Below, one piece after another: positions 40,692 to 49,736 of a stretch of 64,000 nucleotides of DNA. Position numbers and translations under genes: made by a program. This DNA is from Bdellovibrionota bacterium FG-1 (GTDB taxonomy: Bacteria; Bdellovibrionota; UBA1018), in the NCBI GenBank assembly GCA_051382295.1, contig JBBCAW010000013.1, positions 64,001 to 128,000 on the forward strand, read 5' to 3'. Positions within the stretch are counted from its first letter, which is position 1, and every line of letters starts with the position of its first letter. The notes beneath the pieces are model-generated. The model saw nothing but the letters and a program-made list of their open reading frames with translations. It did not search any database and had not been told where the DNA came from.

Positions 40692-41998
40692 ACGTTAAGA
40701 AAACCACCCATGACACGTCGAAGTGCCGTTTGCACTTGGGCTTTTTTGTATTCGCTATGCGCGCTATGGCCCTTTTCATTTTGGTCAGCGCTTTTCACAT
40801 CCATGATTTGCACTTCAAAAGGGTAAAAGAAACGAATTTCCCGCTGCAAATATTTGAGGTCAATTCGATCAATCCGCTTGGCGATTTCTTCTTGCGCGCC
40901 TTTTTGTTTCACGAGGCTTTTAAGCTCTCGAACATCATCGTACAAAGGATTATTAAGCTTAATCAACTGACGGCAAGTAAACTGAATCGCGCGATAAAAC
41001 TCACTCGAATGGGGATTTTCAGAACTTGTCACCGGGGGCAAACAGGCAGTCTCCAGCTCGAGGAGCAATTGCTCCTCGCTGATTTCTCCAGCATCGGCGC
41101 GTGCCAAAGACTCACCCAATTGGTTTTTAAAATTATCCAAGTCCACTAAGGTGTTGCGCGAGCGACTGGGCTTGATGTTGGGCGGCATCACAATCATTTT
41201 ATCTCTGAGATATTTGACGACCCGCAAGGCCCCGAGACGCGTCACAGAAACAAAACGAAGGCCAACCCGATCAAAAATATCCTCAGCCACATTTTCAGGC
41301 TTGTGCAACAGCTTCAAAATCGTTGAATCACGAGATTTTTTCGGCTTGGTTTCAAAGGCCACGAGGTCCACCCGCAAAGGATCGTTATCGTTTTCGCCCA
41401 AATAAAGCTGACCACTCTCCGTGCGATGAATGACTCTATAAAAGCGATCAAAGATCTGTTGCTGAAGATCGCCAAAATAAGAGCTACGCAGGTCTTTATC
41501 AATATGGGCGATCGTATGCATCACCTTGAGCAAACTACAGGCCCAATTACGCAATGCAATAGCTTGATCTAAGGCCTCACTCCGCGCTGACAACGGGTGG
41601 GTCAGGCTGGCCATCAAAAATAATTCACGAATATCCGCCATTTCAACCACTTGTCGCGGAATTTCTAATCTCAGACCATGAGGGTTGTCGGGCTGCAAAA
41701 AAAATTTACGCACGAAATTAAGAGCTTCATGAAAATTACCCATAACCTCAGCCCGTTCAATCGGGTTGTCCAAGTCATAACCATAACTCATGATAAAACG
41801 GTTCGCTTCGTCCAGGCTTTGGATCTGAAAACCTTGCGGCGTATCGATCGTCGACTTACCGCCGATAATCACATCCAGCACGTCCCAGCGAAAATCATAT
41901 TTGGTCCTAAAAAGAGATGTCGGAGGAGTCACATCCGAAAGACTAGCCCATTCGGGTTTGCGCCGGCAATGATCATCATTAGATGCAGTGCACCACAT
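40688..41998 (-). CDS. TIGR04552-like protein with a RelA/SpoT-type nucleotidyltransferase domain
   Basis: K.RDS..LKLLHK, IFDRVGLRF, YRAIQF, FEVQI and SAHSEYK motifs. Start uncertain (possibly GTG 41932). Confidence 0.8.
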   Translation of the reverse strand: MWCTASNDDHCRRKPEWASLSDVTPPTSLFRTKYDFRWDVLDVIIGGKSTIDTPQGFQIQSLDEANRFIMSYGYDLDNPIERAEVMGNFHEALNFVRKFFLQPDNPHGLRLEIPRQVVEMADIRELFLMASLTHPLSARSEALDQAIALRNWACSLLKVMHTIAHIDKDLRSSYFGDLQQQIFDRFYRVIHRTESGQLYLGENDNDPLRVDLVAFETKPKKSRDSTILKLLHKPENVAEDIFDRVGLRFVSVTRLGALRVVKYLRDKMIVMPPNIKPSRSRNTLVDLDNFKNQLGESLARADAGEISEEQLLLELETACLPPVTSSENPHSSEFYRAIQFTCRQLIKLNNPLYDDVRELKSLVKQKGAQEEIAKRIDRIDLKYLQREIRFFYPFEVQIMDVKSADQNEKGHSAHSEYKKAQVQTALRRVMGGFLNV

Positions 41999-42036
41999 TC
42001 ATTTTGTTTACACAAAACAATCAATTTGAATGATAC

Positions 42037-42630
42037 ATGAAACTCTCAATGACTCAGCCTCATGCCTCAACCCCCCATCGTTTCCAAACCCCCCGAAGAC
42101 TCCTCCGCTGGGAAAAAGTCAGAGGTCCTCGCGCGATTTTGGCGATCGCGACCGGAACTGCTCTCGGAGCCGGACTCGTACCGCTCGCCCCAGGAACAGC
42201 AGGCACGCTCGCCGCTCTTCCGCTCGCGTATTTTACAAACGAGTGGCCCTGGCCTTTACGTATCGCTCTTTGGACCGCCTTGACCGCCGCCGGGACCTGG
42301 GCCGCCAAGGTTTTCGACGAACTCATGGGCACAAGCGACAATCAAAACATCGTGATGGATGAAGTGGTCGGCCTAGGGATCACTGCATGGACCGCTGGCC
42401 ATGACGTGACCTCTCTGCTAGTGGCCTTTGTGTTGTTTCGGTTTTTCGACATCCTCAAACCATTTCCGGTCCGAAATATAGACACCTGGTCCAAAAAGAA
42501 GGCATCGGAAAACACACCCCTTTCACAATGGTATGGCGGTTTTGGAGTCATGGCAGACGACTTGGTCGCAGGCCTCCAGGGGCTCTGCTGTATGCTTTTG
42601 CTGCAGTGGCTCCATATTCTACCTTCATGA
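42037..42630 (+). CDS. pgpA: Phosphatidylglycerophosphatase A
   Basis: APGTAGT, IVMDEVVG, FRFFDILKPFP and GVMADDLVAG motifs. Confidence 0.93.
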   Translation: MKLSMTQPHASTPHRFQTPRRLLRWEKVRGPRAILAIATGTALGAGLVPLAPGTAGTLAALPLAYFTNEWPWPLRIALWTALTAAGTWAAKVFDELMGTSDNQNIVMDEVVGLGITAWTAGHDVTSLLVAFVLFRFFDILKPFPVRNIDTWSKKKASENTPLSQWYGGFGVMADDLVAGLQGLCCMLLLQWLHILPS

Positions 42631-42727
42631 TTTCAACGTATTAACGCACGGCCCAATTTAGGGTATTTTTCTTTAACTGAATCAACAAATCAAATCGGGG
42701 TGCCACTTCCATTTCATTTCTTTTTCA

Positions 42728-42743
42728 TGGTACGGTCCGTGCT
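42728..42743 (+). promoter_or_regulatory. Putative sigma54 -24/-12 promoter of recA
   Basis: TGGTACG-GTCC-GTGCT (GG-N10-GC), 70 nt upstream of the ATG. Confidence 0.5.
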
Positions 42744-42813
42744 CAACAACCCCTCCAATCAGGCCAGTGGACGCCCGAGATAAAACCCCGAGATGTAATA
42801 GGAGATAATTTAA

Positions 42814-43995
42814 ATGGATATGGAAGAAAGAAAAAGTACGCTTGAATCCAGTCAAGGCACTGGTCAAAAAAACAAGGCCATCGATTTAGCGGTTCAAGCC
42901 ATTGAAAAACAATTTGGCAAAGGCTCGATTATGCGCCTGGGAAACGAGCAGGGTCTTGCCAATCAAGATGTCCCAGCCGTGCCCACCGGCTCACTGAGCC
43001 TCGATATCGCACTGGGGATCGGCGGATTGCCCCGCGGTCGTATTTGCGAGATCTATGGACCAGAAGCTTCCGGCAAAACGACGCTCACGTTGCACGCCAT
43101 TGCTGAATGCCAAAAACAGGGTGGCGTGGCGGCCTTTATTGATGCCGAGCACGCCCTTGACGTCACCTACGCTCGCAAACTCGGAGTGCGCACGGATGAT
43201 CTGCTCATCTCGCAACCCGACACCGGTGAACAGGCCCTCGAAATCGCAGATATGCTGGTCCGTTCCGGTGGCATCGACCTGCTTGTGGTCGACTCGGTGG
43301 CGGCCCTTGTTCCTCGCGCTGAAATCGAAGGCGAAATGGGTGACAGTCACATGGGTCTCCAGGCCCGCCTCATGTCACAGGCTTTGCGCAAACTCACGGG
43401 CACGATTAGCCGCAGTAAAACGCTGTTGATCTTCATCAATCAGATCCGAATGAAGATTGGTGTGATGTTCGGTAATCCAGAAACCACCACGGGTGGCAAT
43501 GCGCTGAAGTTCTATTCGTCGGTTCGTTTGGACATCCGCCGCATCCAGGCGATTAAAGATGGCGAAAATGTCATTGGCAATCGCACCCGGGTGAAGGTTG
43601 TTAAAAACAAGATGGCACCTCCCTTTAAAGAAGTGGAATTTGACATCATCTATGGCGAAGGTATTTCCAAAGAAGGCGACATGCTGGACTTGGCGGCCAA
43701 CCTCAACATCATAGAAAAATCCGGCACTTGGTACACCTATAAGGATGAACGCATGGGGCAGGGTCGTGAAAACTCACGCAACTACTTGAAGCAACATCCT
43801 GAAGCGATGGAACAGATTCGCAAAGAGGTGATGATCAAAGCCGGAATTATGAAAGCACCTCAAACGGCAGCAACTACTCCTTCTAGTAGTACTGCTCATG
43901 CGGGCGCAACCGTCGCAGGGGCGGCAACAATCGCGGTTTCGGCAACGGCCAAACCTGCTGCATCGGCTAAGCCAGCAATGGCGAAAAGTAAGTAA
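42814..43995 (+). CDS. recA: Recombinase A
   Basis: GPEASGKTT and [23 protein letters not shown] motifs. Confidence 0.99.
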   Translation: MDMEERKSTLESSQGTGQKNKAIDLAVQAIEKQFGKGSIMRLGNEQGLANQDVPAVPTGSLSLDIALGIGGLPRGRICEIYGPEASGKTTLTLHAIAECQKQGGVAAFIDAEHALDVTYARKLGVRTDDLLISQPDTGEQALEIADMLVRSGGIDLLVVDSVAALVPRAEIEGEMGDSHMGLQARLMSQALRKLTGTISRSKTLLIFINQIRMKIGVMFGNPETTTGGNALKFYSSVRLDIRRIQAIKDGENVIGNRTRVKVVKNKMAPPFKEVEFDIIYGEGISKEGDMLDLAANLNIIEKSGTWYTYKDERMGQGRENSRNYLKQHPEAMEQIRKEVMIKAGIMKAPQTAATTPSSSTAHAGATVAGAATIAVSATAKPAASAKPAMAKSK

Positions 43996-44016
43996 GCAAG
44001 TCAATTAAACGACTCG

Positions 44017-44065
44017 AAAAAGCCCTTGAGAACACGCATGATGCGGGCCTCAGGGGCTTTTTTTT
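44017..44065 (+). terminator. Intrinsic, probably bidirectional, terminator after recA
   Basis: AAAAAGCCCTTGAG...CTCAGGGGCTTTTTTTT. Confidence 0.8.
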
Positions 44066-44070
44066 ACCCT

Positions 44071-45093
44071 TTAGTCCCCAATCACCCAACCGCCACCCGG
44101 CGTCGGAGTGACAGTCCAACCAGCCACGCCACCATTCATTCGCCTGAAAAAAACGAGGTGTTGGTTGGCATCCGTCGCGCGAACCACAAAATTCCAAAGA
44201 CGATCACCCATCGTGGCAGAAAGGCCGGTATGGCGACACACAAAGGATTGTTTCCAAGTCTCGCCCGCTTTTAACTCCACTTGCAGGGCCCCAATGCCGT
44301 CGAAATCACAGGGCATAAATTGATCTGGAGCGGATTCTGAAAAGTAACCCGCTTCGACTCGTACCCTTTGCGACAAAACCGGAACAATCGAGGCTTCGGC
44401 CTTGGCGAGATGAATTTCGTCTACTTTACCGCGATTCAACATGCGATTTTCAATGAGCTTCAGATTACCATTCAAAGGTTCGCGTCCTGGAAGATAAGCT
44501 ACACAGCGCACTGACCCCGAAAATTGCCGTTTGGTGACATGAAATTTTCCGTCAGCCGCAGTAAACACATAAACCGTGGGATCGGTCGGATTACCATGGG
44601 TATCGATCGTGCCCGCCGTCGGAGTCGACGTTGTCCAAAAACGCAGATCTTCGCTTCCACGCGGAACCACATTTCTAAAACCATCCGCTTCCAAAACAAC
44701 ATAGTCGTCCTGTTGGCCCAGCGGAAATCCCGTGGGCAAACGCCAGGACAGGTCAGTCAAATACCCACGAGCATCCATCGCTAGGCTGGCCGGCGTAAAG
44801 GGATGACTGGGGTCGTAAGATTTATCCGCACAAAGCTTCTCCGCCTCTGCCTGACTGTAAAAACCACTGACAATATCGCTCACCACGAGACCAGCGGTTT
44901 CATCCACCCAAACTTCTCGCGTGCTCGAAGTCCGAGCCAAGAGTCTAAAGGTTGCATGAGCCGTGTTCACTTCCACGGGTACCTGTCCCAACGCGAAATC
45001 GCCGGCCGCGCTCGCCGAAGGCAAACCCAAATCGAGCATTAAACCCAAGGCCGGTACAAGAGCGAGCGTCCACTTTGCTTTCAAATTCTTCAT
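44071..45093 (-). CDS. Exported protein with a DUF1566/Lcl-like domain
   Basis: Signal peptide; D..AGLV, A...C, WRLPT, FWTTS and VRCV motifs. Confidence 0.65.
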   Translation of the reverse strand: MKNLKAKWTLALVPALGLMLDLGLPSASAAGDFALGQVPVEVNTAHATFRLLARTSSTREVWVDETAGLVVSDIVSGFYSQAEAEKLCADKSYDPSHPFTPASLAMDARGYLTDLSWRLPTGFPLGQQDDYVVLEADGFRNVVPRGSEDLRFWTTSTPTAGTIDTHGNPTDPTVYVFTAADGKFHVTKRQFSGSVRCVAYLPGREPLNGNLKLIENRMLNRGKVDEIHLAKAEASIVPVLSQRVRVEAGYFSESAPDQFMPCDFDGIGALQVELKAGETWKQSFVCRHTGLSATMGDRLWNFVVRATDANQHLVFFRRMNGGVAGWTVTPTPGGGWVIGD

Positions 45094-45126
45094 AAAATTG
45101 CTACTTTCAGGATTACTGTCTTCAAA

Positions 45127-45639
45127 TCAAAAAAATGGGTGACAGGCTTGGCAATTACTTGCCTGAGGCTGATGGGTTTTTCGGTCGGTATGACAAGATT
45201 CACATCTCACACGACGAACGGGTTCATCCAAATTGTGCTGAGCATTGTGACAGTTCGTACAATGAGCGCGATGCTGAGGCACCGAATGTGCGCCGCCCCC
45301 ATTATCACCTCTAAAAAAGGCGCCATGGCACCAAAAACAAGCCTTGGGGTTTTGCGAAAACCCAGGGCCTTGCCCCCCATTGGCAGGCTGCGAATCATGG
45401 CAATTTTGACAAATAGCAGGAGTGAGCTGTTGCTGCGGAGGCGCTACCGGCTTCTCCGTTTGATGGCAAAGAACGCACATTCCTTCGAGATTTCCGATAA
45501 AATGTTGCTGATGATATTTAGGTAATTCAGGAAACGTCCCGGTCTCGTCTCCACCACTAGCCCTTGGCGGAGCCATGCCGCAAAGAAACACAAAACTGAC
45601 GCAGGCAAAGAGAACCATTAAACTTCTTTTGTATAGCAT
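45127..45639 (-). CDS. Small exported multiheme (6 CxxCH) cytochrome c
   Basis: CVLCH, CQNCH, CFWCH, CTNCH, CESCH and CQACH; signal peptide. Confidence 0.9.
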   Translation of the reverse strand: MLYKRSLMVLFACVSFVFLCGMAPPRASGGDETGTFPELPKYHQQHFIGNLEGMCVLCHQTEKPVAPPQQQLTPAICQNCHDSQPANGGQGPGFSQNPKACFWCHGAFFRGDNGGGAHSVPQHRAHCTNCHNAQHNLDEPVRRVRCESCHTDRKTHQPQASNCQACHPFF

Positions 45640-45921
45640 CTTAACACCTAATACATTTCATTTACTGTACCAAATTTATCATCTTATACACCGAGGAGCA
45701 AAGCTTGTCTAGACCGGTTTTCTGCAGTGCAACTAGTCGATATACTTAATAAAATAGCAAAAAACGCGGCGAAAACCAGCCATTGATCCCGACTTGGAAA
45801 ACAAGATGAAGTGGTGTCGTAGGCGTCTGCAAACAGGTCTCTTCATCTAAAGACCCAACCCAAGCGCGTCCTCAGCCATGAGGGCTCCGGGTTACTCAAA
45901 CGCTGTACCCGCGAACCTCCT

Positions 45922-46059
45922 CTAGCTTCGATCTAAGTGACGAGAAACCAAATCAATAAGAAAAACGAGAAGTTTACAGATCACCAAAAAAAATGTAGCT
46001 CTAAACTTCAGCTTTTCATACCGACGCCGAGAAGAATAATGTGGGTTCTTATTCTTCAT
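45922..46059 (-). CDS. Unannotated 45-aa basic/hydrophobic small protein
   Basis: Manual translation MKNKNPHYSSRRRYEKLKFRATFFLVICKLLVFLIDLVSRHLDRS; SD GAGAGGTG ends 4 nt before the ATG. Confidence 0.55.
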   Translation of the reverse strand: MKNKNPHYSSRRRYEKLKFRATFFLVICKLLVFLIDLVSRHLDRS

Positions 46060-46063
46060 AAGG

Positions 46064-46102
46064 CACCTCTCTTTCTCTTGGGAAGGGAGGTGTTTTCCTT
46101 TT
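46064..46102 (+). terminator. Plus-strand intrinsic terminator with no annotated plus-strand gene upstream
   Basis: CACCTCTCTTTC-TCTTG-GGAAGGGAGGTG followed by TTTTCCTTTT; G:U pairs favour the plus strand. Confidence 0.55.
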
Positions 46103-46135
46103 CACTCACGCCTGAGTTGGGCTGGGCGCTTTCAA

Positions 46136-46152
46136 CGCAAAGTCAGTACCAA
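46136..46152 (-). promoter_or_regulatory. Putative sigma54 promoter
   Basis: Minus strand TTGGTACTGACTTTGCG (GG-N10-GC), close to consensus. Confidence 0.55.
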
Positions 46153-46244
46153 AAAAGATGCTAAATATCGGCTGCTTTTAGGCATAGACCGTTCGAATTC
46201 CGGACGGTTTGCGCGAAATGCGACTGATACCAAATAAAATGAAT

Positions 46245-46997
46245 CTACTTTCGATGCACCAACTGCACCGACGCCTGATCCGTCGGAAAAAGGATCATCT
46301 CCTGGACATTCACGTGTTTCGGCCGCTGCACGCACCAAAGAATGGCCTCAGCGACATCCGTTGCGCTCAAAGGGGTCATGCCGGCATAGACCGACTTAGC
46401 CTTTTCAGCATCGCCTCCAAAGCGAACCAGACTAAACTCAGTCTCCACCATTCCGGGCGCGATCGAGGTGACGCGCACGCCCGTTCCATTCAAATCCTGG
46501 CGCATACCCTCATTCAGGGCTCGTACGGCAAACTTGGTGGCCGCATAAACCGCCCCCTGAGGATAGGTCCAATATCCGGCCACAGAGCCAAGATTCACCA
46601 CGTGCCCGACGCCTCGCTCAATAAAACCAGGTAAGACCGCCCGCGTCACATAAAGCAGCCCTTTAATATTCGTGTCGATCATGAGTTCCCAGTTCTCGGA
46701 ATCATCGGTTTGAATCGGACTTCGTCCACTCGCCAAACCTGCATTATTGACCAAGACATCGATTTTCTTAAGCACTTCCGCATTTACGTCTGCCCACGCC
46801 TGAACGGCTTTTTTTGAACGCACGTCCAACTCAAAACAATGAACTTCGACTCCATTTTTGGCTCGAATCTCCTGCGCAATCGCATCGAGTCGTTTCTTTC
46901 GTCGGGCTACCAACACCAATGAGAAACCGGCAGCTGCAAAACCCCGTGCGCACGCCTCCCCTATTCCACTCGAAGCCCCCGTAATCAATACCGCCAT
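46245..46997 (-). CDS. Short-chain dehydrogenase (YdfG-like)
   Basis: TGASSGIG, NNAG, YAATK and PGMVETEFS motifs; GGAGG RBS before ATG 46997. Confidence 0.93.
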   Translation of the reverse strand: MAVLITGASSGIGEACARGFAAAGFSLVLVARRKKRLDAIAQEIRAKNGVEVHCFELDVRSKKAVQAWADVNAEVLKKIDVLVNNAGLASGRSPIQTDDSENWELMIDTNIKGLLYVTRAVLPGFIERGVGHVVNLGSVAGYWTYPQGAVYAATKFAVRALNEGMRQDLNGTGVRVTSIAPGMVETEFSLVRFGGDAEKAKSVYAGMTPLSATDVAEAILWCVQRPKHVNVQEMILFPTDQASVQLVHRK

Positions 46998-47072
46998 CTT
47001 TTTTTCCTCCGGCTGCTTGCCAGTCACCTTCGCACTGGACAGCAACCAAACTCCAGACATAATCTTCTAAAA

Positions 47073-49736
47073 ATGAAAGCTGCCGAAATCCGTTCCAAAT
47101 TCCTAAAATACTTTGAAAAAAACGGCCACACGATTGTCGAAAGTTCGTCCCTGGTTCCGCAAAACGACCCGACGCTTCTTTTTACTAACGCCGGAATGGT
47201 TCAGTTCAAAGACGTTTTCTTAGGCAAGGACCCGCGCCCCTACAAACGGGCCACGACCTCGCAAAAATGCGTACGCGCCGGCGGCAAACATAACGACCTC
47301 GAAAATGTGGGCTACACCGCACGCCACCACACTTTTTTTGAGATGCTCGGCAATTTTTCGTTTGGGGACTACTTCAAAAAAGAAGCGATTCACTACGCTT
47401 GGGAATTCGTCACTCAAGAACTCAAACTTCCCAAAGACCGCCTCTATGTCACCGTTTTTGAAAAAGACGACGAAGCCGCCGAGATCTGGCACAAACAGGA
47501 AGGCGTTCCACAAAATCGGATTTATCGTTTTGGCGAAAAGGATAACTTTTGGGCCATGGGCGATACAGGTCCCTGCGGACCTTGCAGCGAAATTTTTATC
47601 GATCGCGGCGAAAAATACAGCTGCGGTAAACCCACTTGTGCGATGGGCTGTGATTGCGATCGATACATGGAGTTCTGGAATCTCGTGTTCATGCAATACG
47701 AACGCGATGCCAGCGGAAAGCTGACCCCACTCCCCAAGCCCTCCGTCGACACTGGCGCAGGCTTGGAGCGCATTGCCTCCATCCTTCAAGAAGTCGACAC
47801 TAACTATGACACCGATATTTTTCAGCACATCATTAGTGAGACCGCCAAACTGGCCGGAAAACCCTACGATCGCAAAAGTGACACGGCGGCCATTTTCAGA
47901 GTAATCGCGGACCATTCTCGCGCCACTGCATTTCTGATTGCCGATGGGGTCATGCCCTCCAACGAAGGACGTGGCTATGTTCTCCGTCGAATTATGCGCC
48001 GGGCGATCCGCATGGGCCACAAGCTGGGACTCGATAAACCCTTTCTCGACAAGACCGCTGGGTTTGTCATCGAACAGATGAAGGACGCCTACCCCGCACT
48101 GGTCGACCAAAGAGCTTTTATCGAAAAGGTGGTTTTTGCCGAAGAAGAGCAATTTCTTCGAACGCTCGACAAAGGAATCGCGCTCTTTCATGAGTGGCAA
48201 AAAGAAAAACCCACCGAAAAGACCTTGCCCGGCGAGGTGGCCTTCAAACTTTATGACACCTTTGGTTTTCCGCTGGATCTCACGCGGGTGATGGCCGCGG
48301 AACTTGGAATTTCGATAGACGAAGCCGGTTTTGAAAAATGCATGGATCGACAACGCGAAATGGCCCGAAAAAACTGGAAAGGTTCAGGCGATGAGACCAT
48401 CAGTGCGGTCTATCAACAACTCGCGGCTGAACTTCGCGGTCAAGGAAAGTTACCTCAATTTGTCGGTTACGATACGCAAACGGCGCGTTCCGCTTGTATC
48501 GCAATTTTACCGAGTGATAATAAATCCCCACACCTCGAGGCGGTTTTTGCTGAAACCCCCTTCTATGGCGAAAGCGGGGGCCAGGTCGGCGACCGCGGAC
48601 GCGTGACGAGCGAAACCTTTGAGGGCGAAGTAGTCGATGTGCAACGCCCGGTCCCCGAACTCAGTGTCGTTCATATCAAGCCGACTCGCGGAAAACTGGA
48701 GGTCGGTGCATCCTATACCCTCACCACCGACGCAGAGTTGCGGGCCCTCATCGCCCGCAACCATACCGCCACCCATCTTTTACACTGGGCCTTGCGCAAC
48801 GTGCTCGGTAAACATGTCAAGCAAGCGGGTTCCTTGGTTCAGTCTGATTTATTGCGCTTTGACTTTACCCATTTTCAACCCGTGACTGAGACTGAGCTCA
48901 AACAGGTCGAGGATCAGATTAACGCAAAAATTTGGGGCGCCCATGCCGTACTCAAGAAGGAAATGGGCAAGGAAGAAGCCATCGCCACGGGTGCCATCGC
49001 TTTCTTTGGAGAAAAATACGGCGAAAAAGTCCGAGTCGTACGCGTAGGCGATTTCTCGACCGAGCTTTGCGGCGGCACTCACGTCGATAACTCGGCAGAA
49101 ATCCATCTTTTTAAGATCGCCAACGAAAACGGAATCGCGGCAGGCGTCCGTCGAATCATTGCGTATACGTCCAAAGGCGCTTTCGAATACCTTCGCGCAC
49201 GGGACGAACAAGTCAAAGCGCTGCGCGACCAACTCAAAGTCAGCACGACGGACGAAATTCCGAGCCGCATCGAAAAAATGGGACAAAACGAGCGCGAGCT
49301 TCGCAGACAAATTGAAGTTTTTCAGTCCAAGGCTGCGGCAGGCGAGGTCGACGAAATGATCGGTCACGCGCAAACGATTGGTGCGATTCAACTGGTAGCG
49401 GCGATTGCCGCTACGGATGCCGAAGGAATCAAACGACTGCGCGACCTGGCGGATCGAGTGAAGCAAAAACTTCCCGCAGCCGTGATCGTGCTCGGAATGA
49501 AAGACGCCACGACTGAAAAAGCCTCGCTCCTGATAGCCGTCGGTCCCAAGGCCCCGCCATCGCTGAGTGCTGCTGACCTTTTAAAGGAACTCGCGCCCTT
49601 CATCGACGGTCGCGGGGGCGGTAAGCCAGACATGGCTCAAGCGGGCGGCACCAAGCCAGCAGGACTGACAGATGTCCTCAAAAAAGCGCCCGAGGTCGTC
49701 AGCCGACGCCTGGGAATGGGACAAGCGGGTCAATGA
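47073..49736 (+). CDS. alaS: Alanine--tRNA ligase
   Basis: DPTLLFTNAGM, RHHTFFEMLGNFSFGDYFK, HTATH, ELCGGTH and GGGKP.MAQAGG motifs. Confidence 0.99.
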   Translation: MKAAEIRSKFLKYFEKNGHTIVESSSLVPQNDPTLLFTNAGMVQFKDVFLGKDPRPYKRATTSQKCVRAGGKHNDLENVGYTARHHTFFEMLGNFSFGDYFKKEAIHYAWEFVTQELKLPKDRLYVTVFEKDDEAAEIWHKQEGVPQNRIYRFGEKDNFWAMGDTGPCGPCSEIFIDRGEKYSCGKPTCAMGCDCDRYMEFWNLVFMQYERDASGKLTPLPKPSVDTGAGLERIASILQEVDTNYDTDIFQHIISETAKLAGKPYDRKSDTAAIFRVIADHSRATAFLIADGVMPSNEGRGYVLRRIMRRAIRMGHKLGLDKPFLDKTAGFVIEQMKDAYPALVDQRAFIEKVVFAEEEQFLRTLDKGIALFHEWQKEKPTEKTLPGEVAFKLYDTFGFPLDLTRVMAAELGISIDEAGFEKCMDRQREMARKNWKGSGDETISAVYQQLAAELRGQGKLPQFVGYDTQTARSACIAILPSDNKSPHLEAVFAETPFYGESGGQVGDRGRVTSETFEGEVVDVQRPVPELSVVHIKPTRGKLEVGASYTLTTDAELRALIARNHTATHLLHWALRNVLGKHVKQAGSLVQSDLLRFDFTHFQPVTETELKQVEDQINAKIWGAHAVLKKEMGKEEAIATGAIAFFGEKYGEKVRVVRVGDFSTELCGGTHVDNSAEIHLFKIANENGIAAGVRRIIAYTSKGAFEYLRARDEQVKALRDQLKVSTTDEIPSRIEKMGQNERELRRQIEVFQSKAAAGEVDEMIGHAQTIGAIQLVAAIAATDAEGIKRLRDLADRVKQKLPAAVIVLGMKDATTEKASLLIAVGPKAPPSLSAADLLKELAPFIDGRGGGKPDMAQAGGTKPAGLTDVLKKAPEVVSRRLGMGQAGQ

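Noticed and set aside
42631..42813. LexA/SOS box upstream of recA
   Set aside because: No convincing palindrome of any LexA type I know.
45937..46164. 75-aa plus-strand ORF in the intergenic gap
   Set aside because: No RBS, runs through a terminator, and is antisense to the better-supported 45-aa ORF.
46160..46225. GCAAACC...hairpin on the minus strand resembling a c-di-GMP-I riboswitch
   Set aside because: Lacks the GAAA tetraloop and GACGCAAA junction; only a simple hairpin.
47220..49466. Long antisense ORFs (377 aa and 205 aa) opposite alaS
   Set aside because: Shadow frames of a highly conserved gene, with no motifs.
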